Assembly: GCA_045617905.1 (NCBI GenBank) | Contig: JAZLJO010000003.1 | Location: 3,988 to 67,987 of the forward strand | DNA from: Candidatus Enterousia sp. | GTDB taxonomy: Bacteria > Pseudomonadota > Alphaproteobacteria > Rs-D84 | DNA length: 64,000 nucleotides | Reading direction: 5' to 3' | Part shown: one piece after another, positions 47,395 to 56,530 of the stretch | How the letters are laid out: each line of letters begins with the position of its first letter | Numbering within the stretch: the stretch's first letter is position 1 | Notes under the pieces: generated by a model | What the model was told of the DNA's origin: nothing | What the model saw: only the letters and a program-made list of their open reading frames with translations | Databases searched by the model: none | Made by a program: the position numbers and the translations under genes

Positions 47395-48730
47395 CCAATA
47401 AACATTGTTTTATATTTATTCTGTGCTCCAAACGTTGCCAAAAAACATATTGGCAAATCATATTTTGTACCACAGATTTCGCATTATATACACCGCCCAA
47501 ACCAGATATAATTGACTTACAATCAACTGTTTTTGAATTATCGGCCTGTGCATTTGCCAGAATTGCAAAACCTGCATTATCAACGGTATCCACTGAAATA
47601 TCCGGCAATACAGATGTTCCCGCAGGTCGAATATCCAACAATACCCCACCGGTTCGTCCCATAGATAATGCACGTGACGTTTGATTTCGTAATGTTATAT
47701 TGGATGCATTTACATAATCGACATCAATACCACTGGATGCCGAATATTCCAAATCATCCGTATTTATATAAACATCTTGCCCCCGCGCCGCATCCAAATA
47801 AGATTCAATATCCAACTGATTAACACTTAAATTTATACGACTGGTCACAACATTACCATGCACTTTCCAATCAATCGGCCCAACAAAATTCGTGTATCCC
47901 GCCGTCATCGCGAATTCATTTAACGCTGCATCATTGGCATTAAATGTTCCACCCTCCCCAAATCTCGACACTGTACGAGCTGTAACATTTTCCGCCACAA
48001 TATTACCACGCAATAACGATAACGCCGCTGTTCCATCATTGGTTTGAAATATTGTTTTATCTGCTGTAACCATTTTTATTACATTTTTTGAACGACGTCC
48101 ATTTTCAATTCCCGATATATTCAACATTCCAAATTCTGCTGTTTCAAATTCCCCATCCTGCCCAAACACATTTCCAACATTATTAACCGCAAAACCACCC
48201 ATATCCAAATCCGTCAAAAATGCATTATTAATTTCATCGACACCATTTCTGGACACAACATCTATATACCCCGATTCTAACGCCAATCCAACCGATAAGG
48301 CATCACCATCCGGCATGGCATAAAAACCGATACGACGCGCCAATTCTGCAATTTTTAATTGTGTTAAATTACCACCAATTATTTTCAAATATGCATTTAT
48401 CTGATTTTCTGTTTTATCTAAAACTAACACTATATCTTGTCCTAATGCGGTTTTTGGAACAAAACCCAATGGCAACCCATACGGTTCTAATAAATCAGAA
48501 AATCCATTTCCCCGAACAACAACCGTTCCATAATTCAATTTAGACGCATTTTCATGCACATAAATTCGTGCCGCCGTTTGTGCAACTTCGATCTGTTTTG
48601 TTGTCGCATACATTTGTGCATTCAAATTCCGTTCAACCAAATTTTTTGCAATGAACGGCACAAACATAAATACCAAGGTTAACGCCAACAATGCTTGTAA
48701 TAAAAAATTTCCACCTTGACGCGAATACAA
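47372..48730 (-). CDS. large prepilin-like N-terminal domain protein (P1)
   Basis: TTG start 9 nt after AGGAGG. MYSRQGG/NFLLQALLALTLVFMFVPF, with Gln instead of Glu at +5. Confidence 0.65.
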   Translation of the reverse strand: MYSRQGGNFLLQALLALTLVFMFVPFIAKNLVERNLNAQMYATTKQIEVAQTAARIYVHENASKLNYGTVVVRGNGFSDLLEPYGLPLGFVPKTALGQDIVLVLDKTENQINAYLKIIGGNLTQLKIAELARRIGFYAMPDGDALSVGLALESGYIDVVSRNGVDEINNAFLTDLDMGGFAVNNVGNVFGQDGEFETAEFGMLNISGIENGRRSKNVIKMVTADKTIFQTNDGTAALSLLRGNIVAENVTARTVSRFGEGGTFNANDAALNEFAMTAGYTNFVGPIDWKVHGNVVTSRINLSVNQLDIESYLDAARGQDVYINTDDLEYSASSGIDVDYVNASNITLRNQTSRALSMGRTGGVLLDIRPAGTSVLPDISVDTVDNAGFAILANAQADNSKTVDCKSIISGLGGVYNAKSVVQNMICQYVFWQRLEHRINIKQCLLDGKSGCN

Positions 48731-48888
48731 AATAGAAAACCTCCTACAAATTACAGAATAGCAATTGAAAAAAAATATTGCAATCGGTTTTAAGATGTTT
48801 TATATTTCACCCTGTTACAGGTTGACGATAATGTTTATACCAGCATGCATTAACGTCCAATTGAATTCCAATTAAATAAAGAAATGAA

Positions 48889-49197
48889 ATGCAAAATAAA
48901 AAACAACAATCATCTGTCGGTTCGATGATTCAGCGCTGTCACAAATGGCGTCAAAAAAGAAAACAATATATGGATTTAGCACGCCAAACCGTCGATGAAA
49001 TTGAACGTGAACGTCTGTTACAGGCCGCAGAACATTATGGACGCATTGTTAACGAAGAACAGAATAAAATCGATCAAAGCAGAACACCGGCCGAAAAAAT
49101 TGCTGCAGAAACGGCCGCGGTTGAATCATCTGAAACCACCGACGGTGCCGATGATGATGACACACCATTCCCAGATTTTATTACAAACCTGAAATAA
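48889..49197 (+). CDS. DUF4167 domain-containing protein
   Basis: KQYMDLARQTVDEIERERLLQAAEHYGRI matches the KY..LARDA....AE...QHAEHY.RI core I recall for alphaproteobacterial DUF4167. Acidic C-terminal tail. Confidence 0.6.
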   Translation: MQNKKQQSSVGSMIQRCHKWRQKRKQYMDLARQTVDEIERERLLQAAEHYGRIVNEEQNKIDQSRTPAEKIAAETAAVESSETTDGADDDDTPFPDFITNLK

Positions 49198-49223
49198 AAA
49201 TTACACAAATAAAATCAAAATTC

Positions 49224-49264
49224 ATACGTAATGTTATAAATCACACATTACGTATTTTTATTTT
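49224..49264 (+). terminator. 11-bp-stem hairpin terminator
   Basis: ATACGTAATGT-N10-ACATTACGTAT followed by ttttatttt. Confidence 0.55.
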
Positions 49265-49324
49265 GTTTTAATTGTTGAAATTGCGGATGTTTTTGATATT
49301 CTGTCTATTAAAGGAAGTTTTCAC

Positions 49325-50875
49325 ATGGACAGTAATTATACCGTTTTGGCGCGCAAATATCGCAGTCAAGATTTTCAATCACTGATTGGGCAAGATGTTT
49401 TAGTAAAAACATTAACAACCGCCATAAATACATCACGCATTGCGCATGCATATATTTTTACCGGGATTCGTGGAACTGGAAAAACCAGTACTGCCCGTAT
49501 TTTGGCCAAGGCATTAAATTGTCAATCATCGGATCGTGCAACGGCAACCCCATGTGGCCAATGCGAAAATTGCCGTGCAATTGCCGCAGGCCAACATATT
49601 GACGTTATGGAAATCGACGCAGCATCACATACTGGTGTTGATAATATGCGTGATATCTTAGATGCCGCCCAGTATCGTCCAACAAACGGCCGATATAAGG
49701 TATATATTATCGACGAAGTTCATATGTTATCAACCAGCGCATTTAACGCATTATTAAAAACATTAGAAGAACCACCGGCACATGTAATATTTATTTTAGC
49801 AACGACTGAAATTCGCAAAGTTCCTGTCACGATTTTATCACGTTGTCAACGTTTTGATTTAGTCCGCGTTCCTGTGGAAACGTTAAAAAAACATTTTGCA
49901 TGGATTGCAGAAAAAGAAAACGTTAAATTAACAGACAGTGCAAACGAACTGTTAGCACGTGCAGCCGACGGTTCTGTACGCGATGGCTTGTCATTGTTCG
50001 ATCAGGCAATTGCCCAAACCGGTGGCAATGTTGATGAAAGTGCAGTTTTGGACATGTTAAAACGTGCCGACCGTGGGGTTGTTGTTGATTTTATGAAAAC
50101 AGTTCTGTCGGGCGATACCGCGGCCGCATTAGATAAAGTTGACCAAATATATACAAATGGTGCCGACTTATCAATGTTGTTAACCGATATGATGGAATGG
50201 ACACATTGGGCAACCCGCATGCACCCCGCATTACGTGCAGGCAATGTACAAAACACACCATTTACGGCAGACCAACGCGAACAAATTCATGAAATTATAT
50301 CGAACATATCATTAAATACCCTGTCCAGAATATGGCAGGTGATGGTTGCAGCCGTTTCTGAAATGCAGGCCGCCGGCAACCAAAAGCAATGTTTCGATAT
50401 GTTAATAATTCGCATGATGCATATTGCGGATATGCCATCTGTTGCAGAAATATTAAAAAAGCAACCAGACTCTCAAATACCACAACCAATACAACGAACT
50501 GTAACAATATCACAACAAACACCACCAACAAAAACGATACGCACAATAACAAATGCAACAGAATTGGGGACCGCATTACAAGAAACCAAAGAAATTCTGT
50601 TATATTCGTATTTCAGTGCAAATATTGAAATAATAGAAATTTCTGATAATAAAATAAAATATTTTGATCGTCATGGTGATGCAGATTTTGCACACAAATT
50701 ATCAACATGGCTGTTTAATATAACCGAAAAAAATTGGGTATTGGAACGTGCAGATGAATCACAAAATGTTCAAACTGTATCTGAACAAAAACGAACCGAA
50801 TTGGAATCTGACCCAATGATTGCCAGTGCAATGAGTTTATTCGAAGGTGCCCAAATTACGGGCGTTTCAAAATAG
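49325..50875 (+). CDS. dnaX: DNA polymerase III subunit gamma/tau
   Basis: LARKYRSQDFQSLIGQD, GIRGTGKTSTARILAKALNC, Zn module CGQCENC, IDEVHMLS, SRCQRF. Confidence 0.95.
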   Translation: MDSNYTVLARKYRSQDFQSLIGQDVLVKTLTTAINTSRIAHAYIFTGIRGTGKTSTARILAKALNCQSSDRATATPCGQCENCRAIAAGQHIDVMEIDAASHTGVDNMRDILDAAQYRPTNGRYKVYIIDEVHMLSTSAFNALLKTLEEPPAHVIFILATTEIRKVPVTILSRCQRFDLVRVPVETLKKHFAWIAEKENVKLTDSANELLARAADGSVRDGLSLFDQAIAQTGGNVDESAVLDMLKRADRGVVVDFMKTVLSGDTAAALDKVDQIYTNGADLSMLLTDMMEWTHWATRMHPALRAGNVQNTPFTADQREQIHEIISNISLNTLSRIWQVMVAAVSEMQAAGNQKQCFDMLIIRMMHIADMPSVAEILKKQPDSQIPQPIQRTVTISQQTPPTKTIRTITNATELGTALQETKEILLYSYFSANIEIIEISDNKIKYFDRHGDADFAHKLSTWLFNITEKNWVLERADESQNVQTVSEQKRTELESDPMIASAMSLFEGAQITGVSK

Positions 50876-50883
50876 GATAAAAA

Positions 50884-51345
50884 ATGAAAAACGAATCTGG
50901 CCGTTCTTTAATTGAATTAATCGGTACAATGGCAATTGCAGGAATTATTACAGCATCCAGCATTCACTTGTATCATGCAATACGCCACAGTCATATACAA
51001 AAAATGGCAGACCTACAGTTGGAACAAATTGCCAATGACACCAAATTATTATTTGGAATGCGTGGAAACTATGACGGGGTATCTGTTGAATATTTAATCA
51101 AGGCCGGGGCATTAAAATCTGACATTCCCCCAATTGGTGACAATGGATGGAGTGTTACATCATCATACGATGGTTTATCATTTTCCATCAATTTAACAAA
51201 TTTAAACAATAGTGATTGCGAATATTTTGCATATGTAAAACCTGATTGGGCAAAGACAATTTTGGTTAATGGATATGAAATGTCTGATGGGATTTCACAT
51301 TGCACAACAAATACAATGAATCAAATTTCGTTTATCGTAGAATAA
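50884..51345 (+). CDS. type IV pilin-like protein (small)
   Basis: MKNESG/RSLIELIGTMAIAGIITASS is a class III signal with Glu at +5. 153 aa, with a C-terminal Cys pair (CEYF...SHC) typical of a pilin D-region. Confidence 0.7.
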   Translation: MKNESGRSLIELIGTMAIAGIITASSIHLYHAIRHSHIQKMADLQLEQIANDTKLLFGMRGNYDGVSVEYLIKAGALKSDIPPIGDNGWSVTSSYDGLSFSINLTNLNNSDCEYFAYVKPDWAKTILVNGYEMSDGISHCTTNTMNQISFIVE

Positions 51346-51350
51346 AGTTA

Positions 51351-52031
51351 ATGTCCATATACAACAAAACACTTTTAACACTGCTAACGTTTTCTTTAAT
51401 GGCATGTGCCCGATATGTCAGTCCAGCCCGTTCAACATGGTCTGCATATTTGCATGGTGCCAGTTATAATGATATGAATGAAAACGAAAAAATCGCAAAA
51501 CGCCCAGTATATTTGGGTTCTGGGGGCCACTTAGTAACAAATGAAAAAATTCCAGTCAAATTAAATTACGGCGATAAAAATCAGAATGATAATACACTAA
51601 GTGTTACATATATGTCTGCACTGGAAGATGAACTGTATAATTCTTTATTGAAACCAGGAATGTCGGTCCAACGTGCGGGAACAGATGTTACCGTTGTTTT
51701 AGTTCGTGATGCAATTATGGATATATCAGCACCAGAAATTTCTGTATCTGGTGACAATGCATTAAAACGTATTGCCAAAATATTAACAAAATACGACGCG
51801 ACATTTATTGAAATTTCCGGTTATACAGATGCCATGACAAATAAAAATGCCGCCAACGCACTGTCAACCGACATGGCACAACGTGTTGCGGTACATTTAT
51901 CACAGCATAAAATTAACCCTTTTCGCATGTTTATTATTGGACGGGGCTCTGCCCGTCCAATCGCAGGTCAAGATGACATTGGACGACGTATGAATCGCCG
52001 CGTTGAAATAAAAATAACACCGGCCCGTTAA
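51351..52031 (+). CDS. OmpA-family (peptidoglycan-associated) lipoprotein
   Basis: Lipobox LTFSLMAC and an OmpA C-terminal domain (EISGYTD...NRRVEIKITP). Confidence 0.75.
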   Translation: MSIYNKTLLTLLTFSLMACARYVSPARSTWSAYLHGASYNDMNENEKIAKRPVYLGSGGHLVTNEKIPVKLNYGDKNQNDNTLSVTYMSALEDELYNSLLKPGMSVQRAGTDVTVVLVRDAIMDISAPEISVSGDNALKRIAKILTKYDATFIEISGYTDAMTNKNAANALSTDMAQRVAVHLSQHKINPFRMFIIGRGSARPIAGQDDIGRRMNRRVEIKITPAR

Positions 52032-52110
52032 GGATAATCCGGATAACTTTCCCTTTCATTTCAATCAAATTATTGATATACTATGGCCGAATATAACAAA
52101 GGATAAAATT

Positions 52111-52785
52111 ATGGCAAATAAAACATCAAATAAAAAAGTTGCACCTGTTGCACAAAACTATGCACGCATCGGTATTATTGCAACCGCGGTTGTATTGGTT
52201 GCGGCACTGGGGGTATTGGCGATAAATGCTGTGTCAGGTCACAAAGATTCATCCGTATCAGATGTAATCGAAAGCGTTTCATCTGATGCAACTAATGCAG
52301 CGGATGTCCGCATTGCGGTTGTTCGCATGGATGCAATCCAAACAGATGCCGCTGTATTAAAAGATTTACGCAAACAAAAAGAATCATTCGAAGAAAAATT
52401 ACGTAAAGAATTAACAAAAACACAAAAAGATTTGGAAAAAGAAAAAACTGAAATCGAAAAATCACAAGATGTTTTATCGCGTGAAGCACTGCAACGTCGT
52501 GTTGTAGATTATCAAAATCGCGTAAATAAATTACAACGTGATTTGGCAGAACGTGCCCAAAGTATCGAGGCCTCATATCAAAAAGCATTGGCCGAAATTC
52601 AGACAAAACATCTGGATCCAATTATCGAAGGTATAATTGCGAAAAAGAATTTATCCATTGTAATTGATGGTCGTTTTGCCCGTTTGGGTTCTAACGCTCA
52701 AAATTTAGATATCACAAACGATGTTGTAAAATCTTTGGATAAAAAGGTTTCTAATATTAAAATGAATACACCATTAGGATTCTAA
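52111..52785 (+). CDS. skp: OmpH/Skp-family periplasmic chaperone
   Basis: N-terminal hydrophobic segment, a long Lys/Glu coiled region, ...NLSIVIDG... at the C-terminus, and the conserved position upstream of lpxD-fabZ. Confidence 0.7.
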   Translation: MANKTSNKKVAPVAQNYARIGIIATAVVLVAALGVLAINAVSGHKDSSVSDVIESVSSDATNAADVRIAVVRMDAIQTDAAVLKDLRKQKESFEEKLRKELTKTQKDLEKEKTEIEKSQDVLSREALQRRVVDYQNRVNKLQRDLAERAQSIEASYQKALAEIQTKHLDPIIEGIIAKKNLSIVIDGRFARLGSNAQNLDITNDVVKSLDKKVSNIKMNTPLGF

Positions 52786-52794
52786 ATCAAACAA

Positions 52795-52823
52795 AAAATA
52801 CCGCCATCCATGGCGGTATTTTT
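52795..52823 (+). terminator. rho-independent terminator after skp
   Basis: TACCGCCAT-cc-ATGGCGGTA followed by ttttt. Confidence 0.55.
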
Positions 52824-52891
52824 ATCGCATCATTAATTTGTCAATATAACTTTCTGCTTTTAATTTAAAAAATATTTCGTATAATCAAATT

Positions 52892-53935
52892 ATGTTAAAT
52901 AAAATTAAATCGTTATTTGCCCCCACGGCAACAAAAACTTCGGCCGGGGCGTTGGCAAAGAAATTTGGTTTGGAATTGCGTGGCAATCCAAATACTGTTA
53001 TCCGTGGCATTGCCCCAATTGCAGATGCAAAATCTGGCCAGTTGGCATTTTATTCAACCGAACGTAACAGTGCTGCGTTTAAAATTTTACCAATCGATGT
53101 ATTAAAAAACACCAAAGCCAGCGTAATTCTGGTTCAACCAGAACATATTGATGACGCACCAGCTGGGGCAACATTATTGATAACAGACACCCCGCGTGGA
53201 AATATCGTAAAAATATTGGGTGAAATTTACCGTGAAAAACCACGTTTTGGAATTTCCAGGGACGCAACCGTCGAACGGGGGGTATATTTTCGTGCCAAAC
53301 GCACCGTGTATATTGGCCAATACGCAACAATTGAACGTGGGGCGGTAATTGAACCCGATGTAAAAATATACCCGGGGGCATTTATTGGACGCAATGTGAC
53401 AATTGGTCGTGGAACAATTGTTCAAACGGGGGCGCACATTGAAAATGCCACCATTGGTGCAGAATGTGTAATTAACGCAGGTGCCGTTATTGGTAAAGAT
53501 GGTTTCGGATATACCCGTCAAGACGGGCATAATGTATTTATCCCACATGTCGGTCGTGTTGTTTTGGGCAACCGGGTATCTGTGGGCGCCAATACATGTA
53601 TCGATCGTGGTGCAATGACAGATACAATGGTTGGTGATGGAACAAAAATTGATAACCTGTGCCAAATCGCACACGGCGTGGTTGTTGGACGTGAATGTTT
53701 TCTGGCGTCCGGCGTTGGCCTGGCGGGTGGCGTGGTTATTGGCGACCGTGCTTTGTTGGGTGGCCAAGTTGGGATTGCAAATGGTGTTCATATTGGCAAC
53801 GATGCCGAGGTTGGTGCACACAGTGGTGTGTTCCGCCCCGTCCCCGATGGTCAGCGTCACATGGGTTACCCGGCCGGTCCAGGTACCGAATTCTTGCGTC
53901 AATACGCATGGATTAAAAAAAACGCTCATAATTAA
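52892..53935 (+). CDS. lpxD: UDP-3-O-acylglucosamine N-acyltransferase
   Basis: N-terminal LpxD domain (IAPIADAKSGQLAFY), then a long run of hexapeptide repeats. Confidence 0.93.
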   Translation: MLNKIKSLFAPTATKTSAGALAKKFGLELRGNPNTVIRGIAPIADAKSGQLAFYSTERNSAAFKILPIDVLKNTKASVILVQPEHIDDAPAGATLLITDTPRGNIVKILGEIYREKPRFGISRDATVERGVYFRAKRTVYIGQYATIERGAVIEPDVKIYPGAFIGRNVTIGRGTIVQTGAHIENATIGAECVINAGAVIGKDGFGYTRQDGHNVFIPHVGRVVLGNRVSVGANTCIDRGAMTDTMVGDGTKIDNLCQIAHGVVVGRECFLASGVGLAGGVVIGDRALLGGQVGIANGVHIGNDAEVGAHSGVFRPVPDGQRHMGYPAGPGTEFLRQYAWIKKNAHN

Positions 53936-53953
53936 AAACCAAGGGAGACTTTT

Positions 53954-54403
53954 ATGATTGGGGCAAAAGAAATTGAACAAGCGATTCCACATCGTGGTGC
54001 AATGCGTCTGATTGATGAAATCCGTGAATTCGATGAAACACACGGTGTTGGTATTCACTATGTTCGCGATGATGAATTCTGGTGTGCAGGACACTTTCCA
54101 CAAAAACCGGTTATGCCGGGTGTTTTACAAATCGAAGCGTTGGCACAAACCGCATGTTTTATTATTTTGCACCATTTAGGCGTAAAGGATGGAAATGCAC
54201 TGGGGTATTTTACCACAATGGATAAAATCCGTTTTTCAAATATGGTAAAACCAGGGGATGTTTTGGAATTACATGTTGAATTATTAATGAGCAAAATGCG
54301 AATGTATAAATTTCATGGCGTTGCCATGGTCGGCGATAAAAAAGTAGCCGAAGCCACATTTTCTGCGATTATGGATTTAGAAAATTCTAATATTGCACAA
54401 TAA
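53954..54403 (+). CDS. fabZ: 3-hydroxyacyl-ACP dehydratase FabZ
   Basis: IPHRGAMRLID..., GHFPQKPVMPGVLQIEALAQ. Confidence 0.95.
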   Translation: MIGAKEIEQAIPHRGAMRLIDEIREFDETHGVGIHYVRDDEFWCAGHFPQKPVMPGVLQIEALAQTACFIILHHLGVKDGNALGYFTTMDKIRFSNMVKPGDVLELHVELLMSKMRMYKFHGVAMVGDKKVAEATFSAIMDLENSNIAQ

Positions 54404-54404
54404 A

Positions 54405-54427
54405 AACGCCCATTATGGGCGTTTTTA
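54405..54427 (+). terminator. rho-independent terminator after fabZ
   Basis: AACGCCCA-tta-TGGGCGTT followed by ttt. Confidence 0.6.
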
Positions 54428-54466
54428 TTGGTTGCCAATATATTTTATTTCGGGTATTTTTTATGT

Positions 54467-56530
54467 ATGAAAAAAGAATTGTATGATTTTTTAAATACAG
54501 ATTTACAATTTGTTCGTGGGGTCGGCCCAGTATTGGCGGCACGTTTTTGTGACGTGTTGGGCGGGCGACGAATACTAGACTTTTTATTACACATACCATC
54601 ATACGTCCGACCACGCGAAATAACTGAATGTATTGCCGATGCAACCCCAGGTGATACAATAAAAATTCCATTACAAATAAAATCACACAAACCGGGGCGT
54701 TTTTTTCGTGGCAGACGCAGTCCAACACAAGTAATTTGTGCTGATAAAACAGGTGCAACCGTTACAATACAATTTTTTAATGGTAAGTTTTTAGATTATT
54801 GGTTGGAAAAACTGCCAATTGGCACATGGCGTATGATCAGTGGAAAACTGGAAAAAACATCCAAATCAACAATTAATCATCCCGATTTTATTGAAGAATT
54901 GCAAAATTCGTCAAAAATTCCATCCGTTCAAGCAATCTATCCAGCAGGCGAAGGTTTAACCCAAAAAACATTTTCAAACATACGTGATAAAATTTTTGCA
55001 TTATTAGATGATAAAATAACACTTTCTAACGATACGAATGAATGTGAATTCTTTGATGCATTGCGTCATGTACATTATCCATCATCTACAGATGATTTAA
55101 CCCCACAATCACCATTTATTGTAAAATTAGCCTATTGGGAATTATTGGCCCAACAAACGGCCATAACAATCAGTCGAAATAATCGCAGAACCTCACAAAA
55201 TAAACGGATTATACGTCAAAGAAAATATAATTTATTAACACACTTTTTCAATACAATTCCATTTGAATTAACCAATGCCCAAAAAAATACAATTGATGAA
55301 ATCTTTAATGATATGGAAAAAGATATTCCTATGATGCGATTGGTCCAAGGCGATGTTGGCAGTGGCAAAACAATTGTTGCATTGGCGGCAGCTGTTAAAA
55401 TGGCAGAATATGGTGGGCAAACCGCAATATTAGCACCAACGGATACATTGGCCATTCAACACTTTACAAAATTAAACGCGTTGTGTGAAAAAATCGGTAT
55501 TATGTGCGATATATTGACAGGACGAGACAAAGGGGTAAAACGACGTGAAAAATTAACATCCATTCGATCAGGACGAACACGTATTGTTGTTGGAACACAC
55601 GCATTGTTCTCAGAAGATGTTACATATAAAGATTTGGGATTGGTTATTATTGACGAACAACATCGTTTTGGTGTATCTCAACGTGAATCTTTACGAAACA
55701 AAGGTCACAATACAGATATTTTAGCATTATCGGCCACTCCAATTCCACGAACATTATCTATGACAATGTATGGGGACATGGATGTTTCGATTATAAATGA
55801 AAAACCTGCAGGTCGCATACCAATAAAAACAACCAAATTGCCCGTTGGGCGTATAACAGATTTAGTTAATCGATTAAAAATACAAATTACCGATGGCGCC
55901 CAGATATTTTGGATATGCCCATTAGTTTGTGATGATGAAAATATTGATACTGGTAACTTAGCAACCGCCACAGATAGACATGAATATTTAAAACAGTTTT
56001 TTGTAAATGTTGGTCTGGTTCACGGTCAAATGGATAAGCGGGATCGTGATAAAATAATGACCGATTTTGCATCCCCAAAATCCAATATTCCAATACTGGT
56101 CGCTACAACCGTAATCGAGGTTGGAATAGATGTCCCTAATGCCACAATTATCGTAATTGAAAACGCCGAACGCTTTGGTTTGGCAGCATTACACCAACTG
56201 CGTGGACGTGTTGGTCGTGGGAACAAGCAATCATACTGCATATTATTGTATGGTAATAATATTTCTGAAACTGGAATAAAACGGTTGGAAACATTATGCG
56301 AAACCGATGACGGTTTTGTAATTGCAGAACAAGATTTAATGATGCGTGGAACCGGCGAATTAATCGGAACCAGACAAAGTGGTTGGATAAATTATCATTT
56401 TGTTGATTATCGTGAGCACCGTGATTTATTTCGTTTAGCATCACGTGCAGCAATGAATATGACAACACCCGATGATTGGACACATGATTTAATGTTTATA
56501 TTTGATCAGGGGGCAAAAATCAGTGTATAA
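54467..56530 (+). CDS. recG: ATP-dependent DNA helicase RecG
   Basis: Wedge domain, GDVGSGKT, DEQHRFGV, LSATPIPRT, QLRGRVGRG. Start moved to MKKELYDFLNTDLQFVRGVG. Confidence 0.93.
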   Translation: MKKELYDFLNTDLQFVRGVGPVLAARFCDVLGGRRILDFLLHIPSYVRPREITECIADATPGDTIKIPLQIKSHKPGRFFRGRRSPTQVICADKTGATVTIQFFNGKFLDYWLEKLPIGTWRMISGKLEKTSKSTINHPDFIEELQNSSKIPSVQAIYPAGEGLTQKTFSNIRDKIFALLDDKITLSNDTNECEFFDALRHVHYPSSTDDLTPQSPFIVKLAYWELLAQQTAITISRNNRRTSQNKRIIRQRKYNLLTHFFNTIPFELTNAQKNTIDEIFNDMEKDIPMMRLVQGDVGSGKTIVALAAAVKMAEYGGQTAILAPTDTLAIQHFTKLNALCEKIGIMCDILTGRDKGVKRREKLTSIRSGRTRIVVGTHALFSEDVTYKDLGLVIIDEQHRFGVSQRESLRNKGHNTDILALSATPIPRTLSMTMYGDMDVSIINEKPAGRIPIKTTKLPVGRITDLVNRLKIQITDGAQIFWICPLVCDDENIDTGNLATATDRHEYLKQFFVNVGLVHGQMDKRDRDKIMTDFASPKSNIPILVATTVIEVGIDVPNATIIVIENAERFGLAALHQLRGRVGRGNKQSYCILLYGNNISETGIKRLETLCETDDGFVIAEQDLMMRGTGELIGTRQSGWINYHFVDYREHRDLFRLASRAAMNMTTPDDWTHDLMFIFDQGAKISV

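Noticed and set aside
49198-49324. Possible SRP (4.5S/ffs) RNA upstream of dnaX, as found in some bacteria
   Set aside because: The spacer contains only an 11-bp-stem terminator hairpin. No conserved SRP domain IV-like GGAA/AGCA symmetric loop sequence is visible.
53174-54103. 309-aa minus-strand ORF
   Set aside because: It is antisense to lpxD and the start of fabZ. It is an artefact of the hexapeptide-repeat region, which keeps the opposite frame open.
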